64,000 nucleotides of DNA from Octopus vulgaris (GCA_951406725.2 OX597817.1:171244001-171308000), one strand, 5' to 3'. Shown: positions 12,847 to 28,589, numbered from the stretch's first letter. Translations and numbers: made by a program. The notes: a model not told the origin generated them from the sequence alone.

Positions 12847-14559
12847 GAACACTCATTTGATGTTTAAGAAAATCCTATTATATCTTTATAATCAAATATC
12901 ATTAGGAATTGTATGAAATAAATTGTTAAAACTTTTTCTGTATTGTAGAAGTACAACCAATTTATTCCATGTAAATTTTAACAGCAAACTCTTATGTGGA
13001 CCCCCATGGGCCATATGGATCCCTGTTGAGAATCATTGCTCTAACTGAACCATTTCATTACTCACTTCTCATACATGTAATTTCAACTTATAGCACAAAT
13101 GCATGTGCAGACAAGCAGAGATATGGTTTTCTGATGTACTACCTTTGTTATAATTCATGAATATGAAACCTTTGGCTCAATCATGACTTACAGGTATCAT
13201 TAGGTATTATGTGATATTTTCATCTGCTGCAATTACTTTAATCAATTTTACTCTCATCTCCTTCAATTTTGTGCCTAATCAAGAGAGATCACTTCTGCTC
13301 TTCTTTCCTTGGCCAGCTTAATAATTACTTAATTTTGATTAGACAATTACAGCTATAATAGAGTGGCTGCAATTAGATTGGGAAATAAAGTTCACTTTAC
13401 CAGCTGCTAACATATTAAAAGGTAAGTAAGCATTTCAAGAATTATTCTAACATTACATACAATGGTGCTGATGGAAGCGACACGAGTCCATCACAGGATT
13501 CCTCCTTTTTGCCAGCTGAGTGGACTGGAGCAATGTGAAATGCAGTGTCTTGCTGAAGAACACAACACATTGCCTTATGATCATGAGTCTAACACCCTAA
13601 CCACTAAGCCACATGTCTCGACTTTGCTTCTGGTAAGACACGATGGAAAGTATGCTTGAGGACTCTAATCCCATGACCCTCTCAAGAAAAAGTGCGCAAA
13701 GAAGATGAGACGAGTGAAGAGAAAACATCCCAGAGAGGGCATTATGCATACTAAATACACATGCAAAAGGGTCCTACATATGTAATATAATGACATTGTC
13801 CAGGTATTATCAAAACTACTCAAAGTCATGGAAATAGGAACATGTAGCCTAAAACAAAACATTCCAAAATATACTGATATAAGAATAAAAATTTCTTTTG
13901 CTCGACCACAAAAAGCCCTTTTTATTTATTTATTTATTTATTTATTTTTGTAAAATGACTGTACTGAATTGGAATAGGCCTAGCAGAGTTCATAAGCGTG
14001 AAGCATAAAACTGCTCTACAAACCATTAAATTTATATTCCATTGCTTTACACTTTGTGTTAAACATTTTTACTTTACTACATGTGAATAATGATCTCATG
14101 TAATTAGAGGAAATGAGTTTTGAAGTGTGTCATACATGTCTTTTGAAAGGATAAATGAATTTATATCATCTTTCTCATCTCCCTGTGAACGGTATCATCA
14201 TTCCTAGCTTGCTGCCAGCATCTCCCAACCTTCCCAACTCATGCACCTCCCACCCCCTTAGCCATCCACACCACACTTCAGCCCTCTACAATCTTTACAG
14301 ATGTTCCCCACATTCTTCCATTTTCTCTATTTTGTCCTTACCATACACTCTTAAAAATCCTCATTCACAGAGACACACACTCCTGGCTTCTCTGTTCCTA
14401 CTCATTTCTACTCACCTCATACATGAGGGACCACCTGGACACCCCATCACCACTATTTATTTCTCTGGAGATTCCACCAATTCATTCTTACTCTCACCCC
14501 CTAAATGTGAGTAGCCATGTAGCCCTTCTACAAGAACCTTCTCTACCCCAGCCTCTTTG

Positions 14560-15172
14560 CTCAAACCAATAGAATAAGTACTCAGCTTAGAAAAAAAAAA
14601 TGTCCTGTAGTCGGTTTGTTCAGCTAAAACCCTTCAAGGTGGTGTTCCAGCATGGCCACAGTCAAATGACTGAAACAATTAAAAGAATAAAGAATAAAAA
14701 AGTTTGAGAAGGCCTGCAAAAATCATGGGCACAGCTCTTGACAAATTGACTAACACAAAAATAAAGAAAGAAAGAAATGTATATCCTACCAAAAGGGGCC
14801 AACAATAAAACAAACTAAATGGTATCTTTTACTTTTTTCACATATTAGACTGTGGCCATGCTGGGGCAAATGAATTGACCCCAGTACTTATTTTCTTAAG
14901 CCTGGTATTTATTCTATCGATCTCTCTGGCCAAACTGCTAAGTTATGGGAACATAAACACACCAGCACTGCTTGTCAAGCGGTGGTAAGAAACTAACACA
15001 TACACACACACACACATGAAGTGCTTCTTTCAGTTTCCGTCTACCAAATCCACTCACAAGGCTTCGTTCAGTCCAAGGCTATTATAGTAGATGACACTAG
15101 CCCAAGGTGCCAGAGGTGGAACTAAAACCAGAACCATGTTGTTGGAAAGCAAACTTTTTACCACATAGCCAC
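14560..15172. mobile_element. Two diverged family B SINE fragments in opposite orientation
   Basis: 14560-14700 plus-strand tail; 14820-15172 minus-strand copy. Confidence 0.7.
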
Positions 15173-15981
15173 AATCCAAATTTCAAAACTGGATTGCTAA
15201 GTGAGAATTAAGAGAAGCATTCATTTTTGCATTAGTTTCAAGCTTCAGATAAGCAGCGAAAAACCAATGTGAATCTTCCTTATTTATTGTTTACACTATG
15301 GAGCCTCTAACACGTTGTAAACAAAATGCTAGAGTTACATAATATACGCAAAAGATAAGAATTTAAAACCTTGAATAACATAATAATGACTGTGAATAAA
15401 TTCTAGGTTTCCACTGTGGATTACTAAAGAAGAATCAATAGAAGTGTTCAAGTTTACATTAGCTCCAAGCTTTGAATATATAAAGAAAGAGAAAAATAAG
15501 AATCTGTGTTACTTACATTTTTAGTGATTGTTAGACTTACATAATATAATTGCAACTAGACTGCAGACTTGGCTGGTTCAACAAGAATCTATGTAAAACT
15601 AATGACTTCTTAGGTTGACTTGAAATTTTAGACTCAAACCAATGTTTAGTCACAGTTTTAAGCACCAAGTTTTGTCCTTGGGCAGCAATGGTCATTTCCT
15701 ATTTGCTTACCCTTAGATAGTATGACAAATGGCTAACATATCCTTCAAACTTTGCATTTATAACATTTATTCAAACCACAAGGAATCCCTCTCAACACAT
15801 CGCTATGTCGCTTTCCCACTACTCCTGCTTATGATCAGAGATGCACATACTGTCAGCTACTAAGGGACATGCTCCACTGTCTTGTATAAGGACAGGATAT
15901 ATTAGATTAATGTAACATTATGAGCCCCCTAAAAAACATGGGATGGTGATGGTTAGAATACCTTTAACATAGGCTTGTTAA

Positions 15982-16200
15982 CCCTTCTGTTACTGTATCA
16001 TTTTGAGATGCTCTGTGTTTCTTTCAATTATTTTAAATATAACAAAGAATTTAGTAAAACAACTTAGTTATCATTCAGCTAGTGTTAGGAACATAAATTG
16101 TGACTAAGGTTTGGTGGTAGATTTTAATTCAAAACTTATGAAAACAAGTCATTTGTACTCAGAGCCAGAGCCAGTTTCAGCCGGGTTGGTAACGAAAGGG
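15982..16200. mobile_element. piggyBac-type MITE, 219 bp
   Basis: TTAA TSD at 15978-15981 and 16201-16204; ends cccttctgttac / gtaacgaaaggg. Confidence 0.85.
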
Positions 16201-16652
16201 TTAATCAAGGTTACTCCTGGGAGCTAAATGATGATGACATGAAGCCTCCATGAATGCAGTCTCCCTATTGCATCACAATGATTATATTTTCAGCAATATT
16301 TTCAGAATGATAACAGCACATGTAGAAATGAATTTGATGAAATCCTTTCAGAGGAAAGCAATTTGTTTCATCTAAATTGTCAGCAATTATCAAAAACTTG
16401 GCCAATTAGGTGAAGAGTAAGAACTAATAACAACAACAATGACAAAAATAATAATCATAATGATGATGATGATGATGATGATGATGATGGTGCTGCTGCT
16501 GCTGATGACGATAAAAGCTGTTTGCAGAATTTCCTAAAGTTCTCAAATTAAGTAATTAAAAGCTTGAGATATTGATTGTGCACGATACAGTTTGAAGTGT
16601 TTTCTTCTCTTAAACTTATTCTTTATCATCATTACACTTATTATTATTATCA

Positions 16653-16701
<49 letters not shown>

Positions 16702-17049
16702 CATTATCGTTGTTGTTGTTGTTGTTGTTGTTGTTCACTTTTTGGTTTTATAGGATGATATGTCACACTTTGTTGCAATTAGGATCCATTTACAAGTAGT
16801 AATCTTGCATGTCGATGCCTTTTTAATGCTAATTTGATATGGAGCTAACCTTAGATCATGGGAGAGTGATTTAGGTAGAATCATTAAAGTAATATTTATT
16901 CTGGCTCTTTACATGCAGAGTTCAAGTTCTGCTGAGGTGAGGTCAACTTTGCCGTTCAACCTTCCAGGTTTGATAACATAGATATGCCAGTCCAGGGTGG
17001 TGGATGAGTGGTATTGTTAGATAGTCAAACAGAATATTGTGTAGAGTAT

Positions 17050-17515
17050 GTTCTGTGCGGTAAGAAGATTGCTTCCCAACCACATGATTCCAGGTTCAGA
17101 CCCACTGAGTGGTACCTTGGGAAAGTGTCTTCTACTATATCCTTAGGTTAACCAAAGCATTGTGAGTGGATTTGGTACACAGAAACTGTTGTGTGTGTGT
17201 GTGTGTGTCTATATAAGCGGACGTTAAATGATGATGATGATGATGATGATATATATATATACACACACACAAAGACACACACACACACAGATACATACAC
17301 ACATACATACATATATATATATGCGTGTGTGTGTGTGTGTGTGTATGTCTTTGTGTCTGTGCTTACAATCCCATAACTTAGTGGTTCAGCAAAAGAGACC
17401 AATAGAATAAGTACTTGGCTTAAAAAAAAATAATTCCTGGGGTCAATTTGTTTGACTAAAACCCTTCAAAACAGTGTTCCAGCATGACCGCAGTCAAATG
17501 ACTGAAACAAATAGA
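17050..17515 (+). mobile_element. Diverged family B SINE with a short family A tail inside its microsatellite
   Basis: ctgtgcggtaagaagattgcttcccaaccacatg head; ggacgttaaa(tga)n near 17219; tail cagtcaaatgactgaaacaa. Confidence 0.75.
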
Positions 17516-17618
17516 GGAATATGTTCTGAGTTCAAATCCTGCTGATGACAGTTTTGCATTTCCTCATTCTGGGAGGGGAGCCAATAAAATAAAGACCTGA
17601 TCAAAATACTGGAATACA

Positions 17619-17920
<302 letters not shown>

Positions 17921-18444
17921 GACTAGGATTAGTGACAAAAATGGCATCCAGCTGTAGAAAATTCACCTCAACAAATTCTACCCAACCCGTGTAAGTGGAC
18001 GTGAAAACACTGATGATGATGACGACGACGATGATGATGATGATGATGATGATGATGACGACGATGATGATGATAATGATGATGATGATGATGTAGCCTG
18101 CTACAAATATCAGCCAAATCTTCTTTGAATCCTTACACTCTACTGCCACAACTTTCAGGTTATGCTGGGTTAAGTGAGCAAAACTCAAGAAAGAATCAAG
18201 ATGTTATAATCAGATTAGATATATTTTGGTTAAAAAAAGAAGACAATATTGTCATTTTGTTTACGTATTAAGAAATTAGAAACTTTGAAAGACAGGGGAA
18301 AAAAACCATTTTTAAGTATGGAACTCAAAGTAGATAAAGCTATAAATTGACAATCGACAAGTCCCATAGTCCCTTGGGGGTCACTGGGGTTCTGCAGCCA
18401 TGCAGTGTATCTAGGATGAGAAAGCCTGGTAGAGCCCATCCCGC

Positions 18445-18748
18445 TCCAGGCTAAACTCATTTCTACAGCTGAGTGGAGTGGAGTAATATGAGATGGAGTG
18501 TTTTCCTCAAGAATGCAATGGATTGCCTGGCCCAGGGACCAAAACCACAATCTTACAGTCGTGAATCCAACACCCTAACCACTTAGTGATGTGCCTCCTC
18601 CAGTGGTATTCATTTCTACAACTGAGTGGACTGGATCAATGTGAAGTGTTTTTTCACAAGAACACAACACACCACCCAGTCCAGGAATCGAAACTACAAT
18701 CTTACGATTGTGAGTCCAACAACCTAACCACTAAGTCACATGCCTTCA
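18445..18748 (-). mobile_element. Two tandem family C SINE head plus CORE-like fragments
   Basis: catttctacarctgagtgga...caagaa...acaatcttac...ctaaccact occurs twice. Confidence 0.75.
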
Positions 18749-18909
18749 TGCTGTAAATAATAGAATGTAAATATTGGTTTCAGAAACCTCTTGGATGGAA
18801 TGAGTTGAAGGCTGCCTTCTTGACTAAAAAATATTTACTTACTAATAATAATAATAATAATAATAATAATGATGATAATAATAATAATAAGTGTAATATA
18901 TAACTTTAT

Positions 18910-19300
18910 CAAAGGCATTGAGCTGGCAGAATCGTTAGCATGCTGGGTAATATGGTTAGCAGCATGTCATCTGAGTTCAAATTCTGCCAAAGTTGACTGT
19001 GCCTTTCATCCCTTCAGGGTCAAAAAAATAATTACCAGTTGAGCACTGGGATTGATGTAATTGACTTATCTCCTCCTCTGAAATTGCTGGCCTTGTGCCA
19101 AAATTTGAAACTATTATCTAAAGCGTTGAACTGACAGAATTATTTGCATGTTGGACAATATGCTAAGCAGCATTTCATCCATATTTACATTCTGAGCTCA
19201 AATTCCAATAAGGTTGACTTTGTGTTTCATCTTTTCAGACTTGATAAAATAAGTACCAATCAAATACTATGGTTGATGTCTTTTGCCAAAATTTGAAATT
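18910..19300 (+). mobile_element. Tandem family D SINE copies following (TAA)n
   Basis: gagctggcagaatcgttagcatg...gagttcaaattctgcc...gccaaaatttgaaa, two copies. Confidence 0.8.
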
Positions 19301-19339
19301 ATTATTTACAACTGTAATGACTTTGAGTTCCTTGCTTAA

Positions 19340-19558
19340 CCCTTTAGTGTTCAGATTATTCTATCGAACATAATGCTTAATGATTCCCATTGATTTGAAT
19401 TAATCATGCATTATCTCATATCTTAAAGATCTTGATGGTGTAATTACCTAATGTAGAATAACATTGTAGGGTTGGTGTGAGAGCCTGGATCTGGTCAGTT
19501 TGAACATAAAACAGATTAAACATTTTGGTCGGATATGGCCGGTTTAAATACTAAAGGG
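19340..19558. mobile_element. piggyBac-type MITE, 219 bp
   Basis: TTAA TSD at 19336-19339 and 19559-19562; ends ccctttagtgtt / aatactaaaggg. Confidence 0.85.
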
Positions 19559-19892
19559 TTAAAAATGGTTTATTTCACATCTCTTAATGTTTCTAAAGTC
19601 TCAAGATGTAAACATACAATTCTTGCTGGTAAAGAACAAAGCTTTTAAAATGGATGGAGAAATTTGAAGGGTTGCTTTGGTTGAATCGTTCAATACTGTC
19701 ATTGTTATTATCTTACAGGAGTTGGCAGAATTGTTAACATGTCGGATGAAATGTTTAGCAGTATTTCTTCTGGTTCATTATGTCCTGAGTTCAAATTCTG
19801 CTGAGGTTGACTTTGCGTTTCATCCATTTAAAATCGATAAAATTAAGACTCCATCGAACACTGGGAGATGGTGTATTTGACATTAAGAGTAA

Positions 19893-20228
19893 AGACCCTC
19901 TTCAGTCAGGAATGACCATGGGATTCCACCTAGAAAGTTACCCTCCGAGCTACAAGTGCAGGCAAGGTTGTTTATGGAAAACCAGCAGTCACCCACACAT
20001 ACTACCCTCCTCTCTCCACGCCACTGATGTTATCCAAGAGAAAGGCAAAGGCTAATACAGCTTGGCACCAGTAATGTCGCAACTCATTTCTACAGCTAAA
20101 TGAACTGGAGCAACGTGAAATAAGGTGTCTTACTGAAGAACACAACACATGGCCCTGTCCAGGAATCGAATTCACCACCTCATGATTGTGAGCTCAATGC
20201 TCTAACCACTGAGTCATGTGCCTTCACA
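19893..20228 (-). mobile_element. Family C SINE, full length, apparently nested in a family D copy (about 19715-20270)
   Basis: Minus-strand head gtgaaggcacatgactcagtggttagagcattgagctcac; family D sequence on both sides. Confidence 0.85.
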
Positions 20229-20509
20229 ATCAACATAACCCTCTTCTAAAATTGTTGGCCTTGGCCTTTAAAACTGTTATTATTATCGTGTAGTATTTAA
20301 TCCAGCTCCTTATGTTCTAAGTTCAGATCTCACCAAGTATAACTTTGCCTTTCATACTTACATATTAGATAGGATAAAGTACCATACAAGTATCAGAGGC
20401 AATGATATTGATTAAACTCCTTCTGCCAAAAGTGCTCTGCCCCCATCCACATTTTGCAATCAAATTCTGTTGCAATTGAGTTTATATTCCTCCAAATGGA
20501 GTATTATTT

Positions 20510-20570
20510 GAAGATTAGGTTGTTATTTCTAGCAAGTTGAGCAATGATGTAGTGGCTCCATTGTTGACTC
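20510..20570 (-). repeat. Family H repeat 5' end with HDV-ribozyme-like motif; other copies near 21040, 26052-26215, 51370-51555, 53910-53960, 57011-57073
   Basis: Recurrent ...gctcgacctgctagaaatagcagccaaatctcc consensus. Confidence 0.6.
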
Positions 20571-21150
20571 ACCACTGACACAAACAGGGGTCCTTCAATG
20601 GTAAGCCAACAGTTCATTTATTAACAACGGCAGAGAGAAAATATAAAACAAAGTCAAAACTTTTCAAACTTAACTTCAGTAACACAAAAAACAAAAGGAA
20701 AAAAAAAAGAAAAAAGAAGCAGCAGCTACCCAAATCCAATCCGGCATTAGACAATTAGCTGAATGATTGCCGGTTCATATCCTGTTATGGACTGAAGTAC
20801 TTCCCTTTCAACAGCTGAACTAAATACACTCCAAATAGGAACAGCAGGATGGTATGATTCATTACTATAAGCAGCAATACAAGTAATTTTTTTTATTGTT
20901 CAGATCCATGTACAGCTCAAATCAAGCAGAACTACTATCAAAGAAGTTCCAGCTCTGACCATTTGGTCTTTTTGTATACCAAGAACTACATAATCCAGCG
21001 TGTTTTTCTTTCTGATGACAGTAGCGTATACTTTTGAAAGAGATTTTGCTGCTATTTCTAATATGGAAGTCTCAGAGCTGACTTGTATTTTTGTTTGCTT
21101 TTTATAATCACTTCAATTCATCAAGTCAAGCTATCTGCAACGTGTCTCAC

Positions 21151-21226
21151 CATTATATCTTGGTGAAGAAATTGCAAACGAAGAAGCTAAAAATATGACG
21201 ATCTCTAAGAAAAAGCAGAGTTTCAT
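21151..21226 (-). CDS. Candidate first coding exon encoding a signal peptide (MKLCFFLEIVIFLASSFAISSPRYN, phase-1 intron)
   Basis: Minus strand: long T-rich tract ending tctcag|aata-ATG...TATAATG|gtgaga; n/h/c-region pattern; downstream exons not identified. Confidence 0.4.
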
Positions 21227-22472
21227 TATTCTGAGATAAAAAAATAAATTAAAAAAACAAAACAAAACAAAAGGACTGCATAAAAAAGATCAAGTTTTGT
21301 ACACAATTTACAAATTAATCTTAAGTTTTAGAATATCCACATTGTTTCTACGGCAACTAAACAAATGACAAAACAGCAAACAAAAGTACAAAGTATCTAA
21401 TTCTGCTATAATGGAAGGAAAGGAGGAGTGGTCTTTCATCAAAAAGCAAAAAAGAAAAAGAAAAAAGAATAATCATTGTTATGTGTGACAAGCAGTATTA
21501 GTTTAAGATAGCAATCTGTGCATCATACTTAAAGCAGGTACATCACTGAAAGCCTAATTTACTGCAGTATTCATTCTGAGATATCTCTTATAGACATACA
21601 GTGTAAAAAACCACAGATAGATATCAGCAGTAGATGAAATTCACCTAGTAGCAGTTGTGGCATTGCTACCACAGAATACTGGCTCATTGTGACATCAGTG
21701 ATTTTCAATGTCTGTTTTACTATATCAGTAATGGCTGGTTTTGCCTTAGCAAGCAGCTGCCAATGGATACCTGCAACTGATGAAGCATAAAGAGGCAGAA
21801 ATGTACATTTAACAATGCCACCTCAACTGCTGGATCATTTTCATCTGCTACTTATGTATATCTGAGTTTTTTAACACTGTATGTCCACAAGAGATATTAT
21901 CTCAGGATGAATACTGTGGTCAGGGTTGTTATTTCAAGGTTCATAACCACACATCCACACTGGCGTATATAAACAGACCAGATAACAAGATATCAGCACC
22001 AGAAAAATGTGCTCATAATGTAATCCTTTCAGACTGCTAAGACATAGATCTCTCTCTCTCTTTCGTTTGTTGTAAGATCAGATTTTGGCCTCCAGTAAGA
22101 AAACACAGAATGTTTCAAAAATGTCTGCAAGAAAGACATGAAGTTATTGAACATTAACAGTGATAACGAGAGAACATAGCAAGCAATTGGTATTATTGTC
22201 ATGTAGAATATGGTAGAGGTTTAACGCTTGAGTAGTTAAACTCATTAAGACCATAAAACCCGGCACTCTGACATATTAGTACAATTCAAATCAGAAGGAG
22301 ATGATCACCTTTATAGATGCACTAAAAAGATGCTCAGCCGAGATGGGATTCTTTCAGGCAGTCCAAGAATTCACATACTTTGGCTTCACTGACATGGACA
22401 CTCAATCCCTCACTAGAATCTGAGATCAGCAGGTGGAGTATATATGTAATATATATATACATATATATAATA

Positions 22473-22829
22473 CTAGCAGTATTGACAACGCTTTACGACG
22501 TTGATTTCCTTACACTCCCTTCCCCACAGCTTCACGAGGGAGGGAAGAAGGGGAGAAGCAAACAGGTGCAGGTGTGAGCATGGACGCCAACTCCGCCGCC
22601 ATCGACACACGAAAAATTATGCATTAAAATGGAATAAAAAATGATGTTAAATTATTTTTAAAATCGTAGACTCATCGTAGATGCGCGCTAATATGCAGAC
22701 GGGCTCGATATGAATCACGACTATAAGATACCCGAATTTGGTTAAACTACACCGCAAAATGTGGGAGTAGTTAGGAATCTAAATCGAAGGGGACAGACAC
22801 TCACACAACTACAGTTTTATATATATAGA
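22473..22829 (-). mobile_element. Non-autonomous Helitron
   Basis: Minus strand a|TCtatatatataaaactg...tactgCTAG|t; termini resemble 27254-27634. Confidence 0.75.
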
Positions 22830-22834
22830 TATAC

Positions 22835-22865
<31 letters not shown>

Positions 22866-22894
22866 ATATATACATATATATATACATACATATA

Positions 22895-24150
22895 CAGGGG
22901 CTGGACAAAATAATGGAAACACATAGCACCATAGCATCATAATTTTGAAATATCTATAGAACCATCAAAAGCTTGTTTATTATTATTTTTTTTGATTTAT
23001 TATTAGTGTTCCTTAATATGTTTTGCTGTTTCTTTTCAGATATCATCGGAAAAAAGTAATTAAAATTCATTAAAATGACAGATCTATCTGACTTTCAAAG
23101 AGGTCAAATTGTTGGTGCTCGTATGGCAGGCACTAGCGTAACAAAAACAGCTGAAATGTTTGGTGTATCAAGAAGTACTGTCTCGAAAGTAATGACAGCC
23201 TTTAAGAAAGATGCAAAAACCTCCTTGCCAAAACAAAACTCCAGAAGAAAACCAAAACTTTCAGATAGGGACTGTCGAACTCTTACATGAATTGTTAGAA
23301 AAGATCACAAAAGTACTGCTCCCAAAATTACTTCAGAGCTTAATGACCACCTCGAGAACCCAGTTTCCACAAAAACTGTTCACTGGGAGCTGCACAAAGC
23401 TGGATTTCATGGGAGGGCTGCAATAAAAAAACCACTACTTTCAAAAGCAAACGTTGCAAAGTATTTAGAGTGGAGTAAAAATCAATAGAATTGGTTCCTA
23501 GAGCAGTAGAAAAATGTGATTTTCTCAGACGAGTCATCCTTTACCTTATTTCCGACCACCGGCCAAGTATGTGTGTGGAGACGGCCAAAAGAAGCATTTG
23601 ACCCAGACTGCCTTCTTCCAACTGTTAAATATGATGGAGGATCTGTGATGATCTAGGGGACTATATCTTGGAAATCCGCTGGCCTAATGGTTTCCCTTCA
23701 TGGCAGAAATAATAGTCAAGACTATTTTATCTGATTAAATACATTGTATGATTGTGAAACTGTTTCTGGAGGGAAACGCAATCTTTCAGGATGATAATGC
23801 ACCAATTCACACAGCTAAAATTGTTACAGAATGGCACGAGGAACATTCTAGTGAAGTTGAACATCTTAATTGGCCACCACAGTCCCCAGGTCTCAATATT
23901 ATTGAACATTTATGGGGCATTTTAGAAAAACAAGTCAGGAGTCAATATCCTAAATCATCATCACTACAAGAACTGGAGACTGTTTTAGCTGAAGAATGGA
24001 CAAAAATTCCTTTGGAAACAATTCAAACTTTGTATGAGTTCATACCTCATAGAATTCAAGCTGTAATTACTGCCAAAGGTGGTCTTATCCCATATTAAAA
24101 TAAATTTGCTTGAAATTTTAAGGTGTTTCAATCATTTTGTCCAACCCATG
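22895..24150 (+). mobile_element. Tc1-like (DD34E) transposon with both TIRs; transposase pseudogene
   Basis: TIRs caggggctggacaaaataatggaaacac / gtgtttcaatcattttgtccaacccatg; LSDFQRGQIVG, FSDES, QDDNAP, WPPQSPGLNIIEHLW; several stops and a deletion. Confidence 0.95.
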
Positions 24151-24152
24151 TG

Positions 24153-24169
24153 TATACACACACACACAC

Positions 24170-24216
<47 letters not shown>

Positions 24217-24279
24217 AATATATAGATATATAAATATATGTATATACATACATACATATATAAATACATGTACACACAC

Positions 24280-24310
<31 letters not shown>

Positions 24311-24752
24311 TATGTAAACATATGTAGTTGAGGTGTCGAATCGTAGCCCCTATTCCTTGTGACTCTATTTATTATTTCCTTTTTATACACACACATACAC
24401 ATATCCTATTAAGAAAAATATTACATGAAGTTTTTGTAAAAAGAAAAAAAGAAGAAGAAGAAGAAGAAGAAGGGAAAAGACACTAAAACCAAAAACCAAA
24501 TTCTTAATCCACTCCCTACCCAACTCCCTAAACAACAATCAAACAATTAAAGAAAAGCGAAAAGAAAATATAGACAAATAAAGCAAACACAACAATCTAA
24601 TTTTACAGACACTTTCCATACAGCTATTAGAAAGACATAACAAAAGATATATATATATATATTTAGATACACACACACACATACATGTATATTAATGTGT
24701 GTATATAAACTACATAAATATATGAGTGTGCATGTGTGTGTACATATGAATA

Positions 24753-24787
<35 letters not shown>

Positions 24788-25323
24788 CCACACTCTCATA
24801 TATATGTATAAACATATACACTCTCATATATATATGTATATACACCCACACTCTCATATATATGTATATACACATACACTCTCGTATATATATGTATATA
24901 CACATACACTCTCGTATATATATGTATATACACACACACACTCTCATATATATGTATAAACACATATACACTCTCATATATATATATGTATATACACATA
25001 CACTCTCGTATATATGTATATATACACACACACACTCTTATATATATATGTATATATACACACACACGCTTATATATATGTATATATACACACACACATG
25101 CTTATATATATATATATATATATATATATACTCGTATACATATTTATATAAACACACAGCCACCACATTACTGATGGTGAAATTTCATCCTACCTTTTAA
25201 GATACAGAGGGTAGGGGAGGGTGGGAGTATAGAAATGTAGAAATTAGTCTTGACAGAAATACATTGATCTGAAAAACCAGTTTGAACAACAGATAAATCA
25301 ATATATATATATATATATGTGTA

Positions 25324-25396
<73 letters not shown>

Positions 25397-25559
25397 GTGT
25401 ATATATATATCATCATCATCATGAATATACATACATATATATACATATATATATATGTATATTCACACACACATATATATATATGAATATACATACATAT
25501 ATATATACATATATATATGTATATCTCTCTCTCTCTATATATATATATATGTGTGTATA

Positions 25560-25595
<36 letters not shown>

Positions 25596-25850
25596 TATAT
25601 ATATATATGCATAGGTATATATATATGTATATGCATATATATATATGTATATGTGTATATATGTGTATATGTGTATATATGCATATAGAATATATATACA
25701 TATAAATATGTATGTATATATATGCATATATATATGTATATATGTGCATATATGTGTATGTATATATATATATATATATACATACACATACAAACACATA
25801 TACATACATACATACATACATATATATACATATATATATACATACATATT
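24153..25850. repeat. Compound (TA)/(CA)/(TG) microsatellite field with a ~30-bp higher-order unit at about 24780-25140
   Basis: Repeated tatatatgtatatacacatacactctc(a/g). Confidence 0.9.
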
Positions 25851-25914
25851 TGGCATCTTTGATGCCATACCTATCACCACCATAACTGCCAGTACTAACA
25901 CACCACGTCACCAA

Positions 25915-26223
25915 TACTACCACCAGCAGCAACAGCAACAGTAACACCACTACCACCACCACCACCACCTCCACCACCACTATTAACACCATCCCAAGCA
26001 ACAGCACTATCATGATCACTACCAACAGCCACCATTACCACCACGACTACCAAGATTAGAGAGCCTTCATGTAGTCGTTTAACCTACTAGAAAGAGCAGC
26101 CAAATGTTCTCCATTTTACATCTAACCTCTTGGGAAAGGACACACTGGGTAATATAGATTTTCTACAGGATGGTCACGGATGGAATGCCTTTGATAATAG
26201 GTTTGATCAGAACTAAAAAATAT

Positions 26224-26258
<35 letters not shown>

Positions 26259-26705
26259 AACACACACTTGTATGCACACATGTACGCTATCACTCACACC
26301 ACAACAACCTCCACTTCAAACCATCCTTGTTATAAGTACCACCACCACCACCACCACCACCACCACCACCACCATCGCCAGTGATTGCTATCATTAGGAT
26401 CAACCACCACGACCACCACCACCACTACCACCACCAAAACTGCAACCACCACTATTGCCACTACTACTGCTGTTGTTGCCATCACCACCGCCACCACCAC
26501 CATCATCACCAATATCACCATCCTTACCATCTTTATCACCACCACTACCACCAGCACCACCACCACCACCAGCACCACCACTACCACCACCACAACAGCA
26601 AATTGACTGACATTCCTCTATTACCAACACCATCCCAACCACAACTACTGCCGCCGCCGCCACCACCACCACCACCACCCCACCACCACCACCATTAGCA
26701 CCACC

Positions 26706-26736
<31 letters not shown>

Positions 26737-26934
26737 CTGTCATCATCAGCATGAACATCATTACTGCAATGAATGCCAACACTCAACACCCACAACCATC
26801 ACCACAACCACTACTACTACTACTACTAACGCTGCCGACAACAACAACGCCAACAACAACAGCAATAAGCAAAAATCACTGGAAAGTGGCAGCAGCAATA
26901 ACAAGATCAACATAACCGCCCCCCCCCCCAGACC

Positions 26935-26965
<31 letters not shown>
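25915..26965. repeat. (ACC)/(AAC)/(ACT)-rich low-complexity region with an embedded family H copy (26052-26215)
   Basis: Seen directly. Confidence 0.9.
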
Positions 26966-26967
<2 letters not shown>

Positions 26968-27200
26968 CGTAACAATAACATGCATGAAACCAAAGTGCAT
27001 TTCAGCTAAAAGAAAGGCTTAAATGTTCCTTGGAAGAGGAACAAGAGTGGTGGTGGTGGTGGTGGGTGGGAGGGGGATTAGAGGAAAATTAAAGGAAACA
27101 CAAGAAAAATAAAATAAATTTTCAAGAAACCATTAAATCAATAAATAATACTTTCTCCACAGATGGTACTGTCATTCTTTTACTTTCATGCGTATCATTT

Positions 27201-27955
<755 letters not shown>

Positions 27956-28589
27956 GACACGTGTTTATGTATGTATGTATCTATCTATATAAGTATGTAT
28001 GGATGAAAGAGACCCATATTGTTTTCATACATGCCAGCATCAGTGATAAAACTTCACAATAGTCATCACTGACAATATGTGTGTGTGTGTGTGCATACCA
28101 GGGACGGGCTGCCTGGGTAGACAAGGTAGGTAATACCTACCCTGAATAAAATAGATTGATAGTAACATATTCATTTTATGGCAAAATATGCACTGAATTC
28201 AATAAAATTATGAAGGTTACTCTGATTACTCTGCATAAAATTTGCAGAGAAATATACCAAGGGAATTCCAGAATAACAGATCACTATATCAGTGTAAATA
28301 AACTTTTGCACTTTTCTTTTGTATTGAGTACTCGTCCCATTCCTTATTATCAAAGAGGACACACACACACACACACATATATGATTTGCAATTAGCACTG
28401 GTTGGTTGTTGTTTGACCCAAGATCAGTTCAGAACGAGCAGTCCTATAACAGGTACCACTCATTTTTGGCATCAGAATGGATGGAACAATGTGAAATGAA
28501 GTGTCTTGCTCAAGGACACAACATGCTTCCAGGAATCAAATGCATGACCTTCAAACATGCGCGCACACACACACACACATACACACATT

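Noticed and set aside
12990-13045. hAT-like MITE end (gttgagaatcattgctcta)
   Set aside because: No matching opposite terminus or TSD found by eye
21770-21815. CTGATGA...GAAATGTACATTT as a hammerhead
   Set aside because: Stem I and stem II cannot be paired convincingly
25915-27000. Mucin-like or His/Gly-rich ORFs
   Set aside because: Trinucleotide low complexity open in several frames on both strands; no convincing start or splice context
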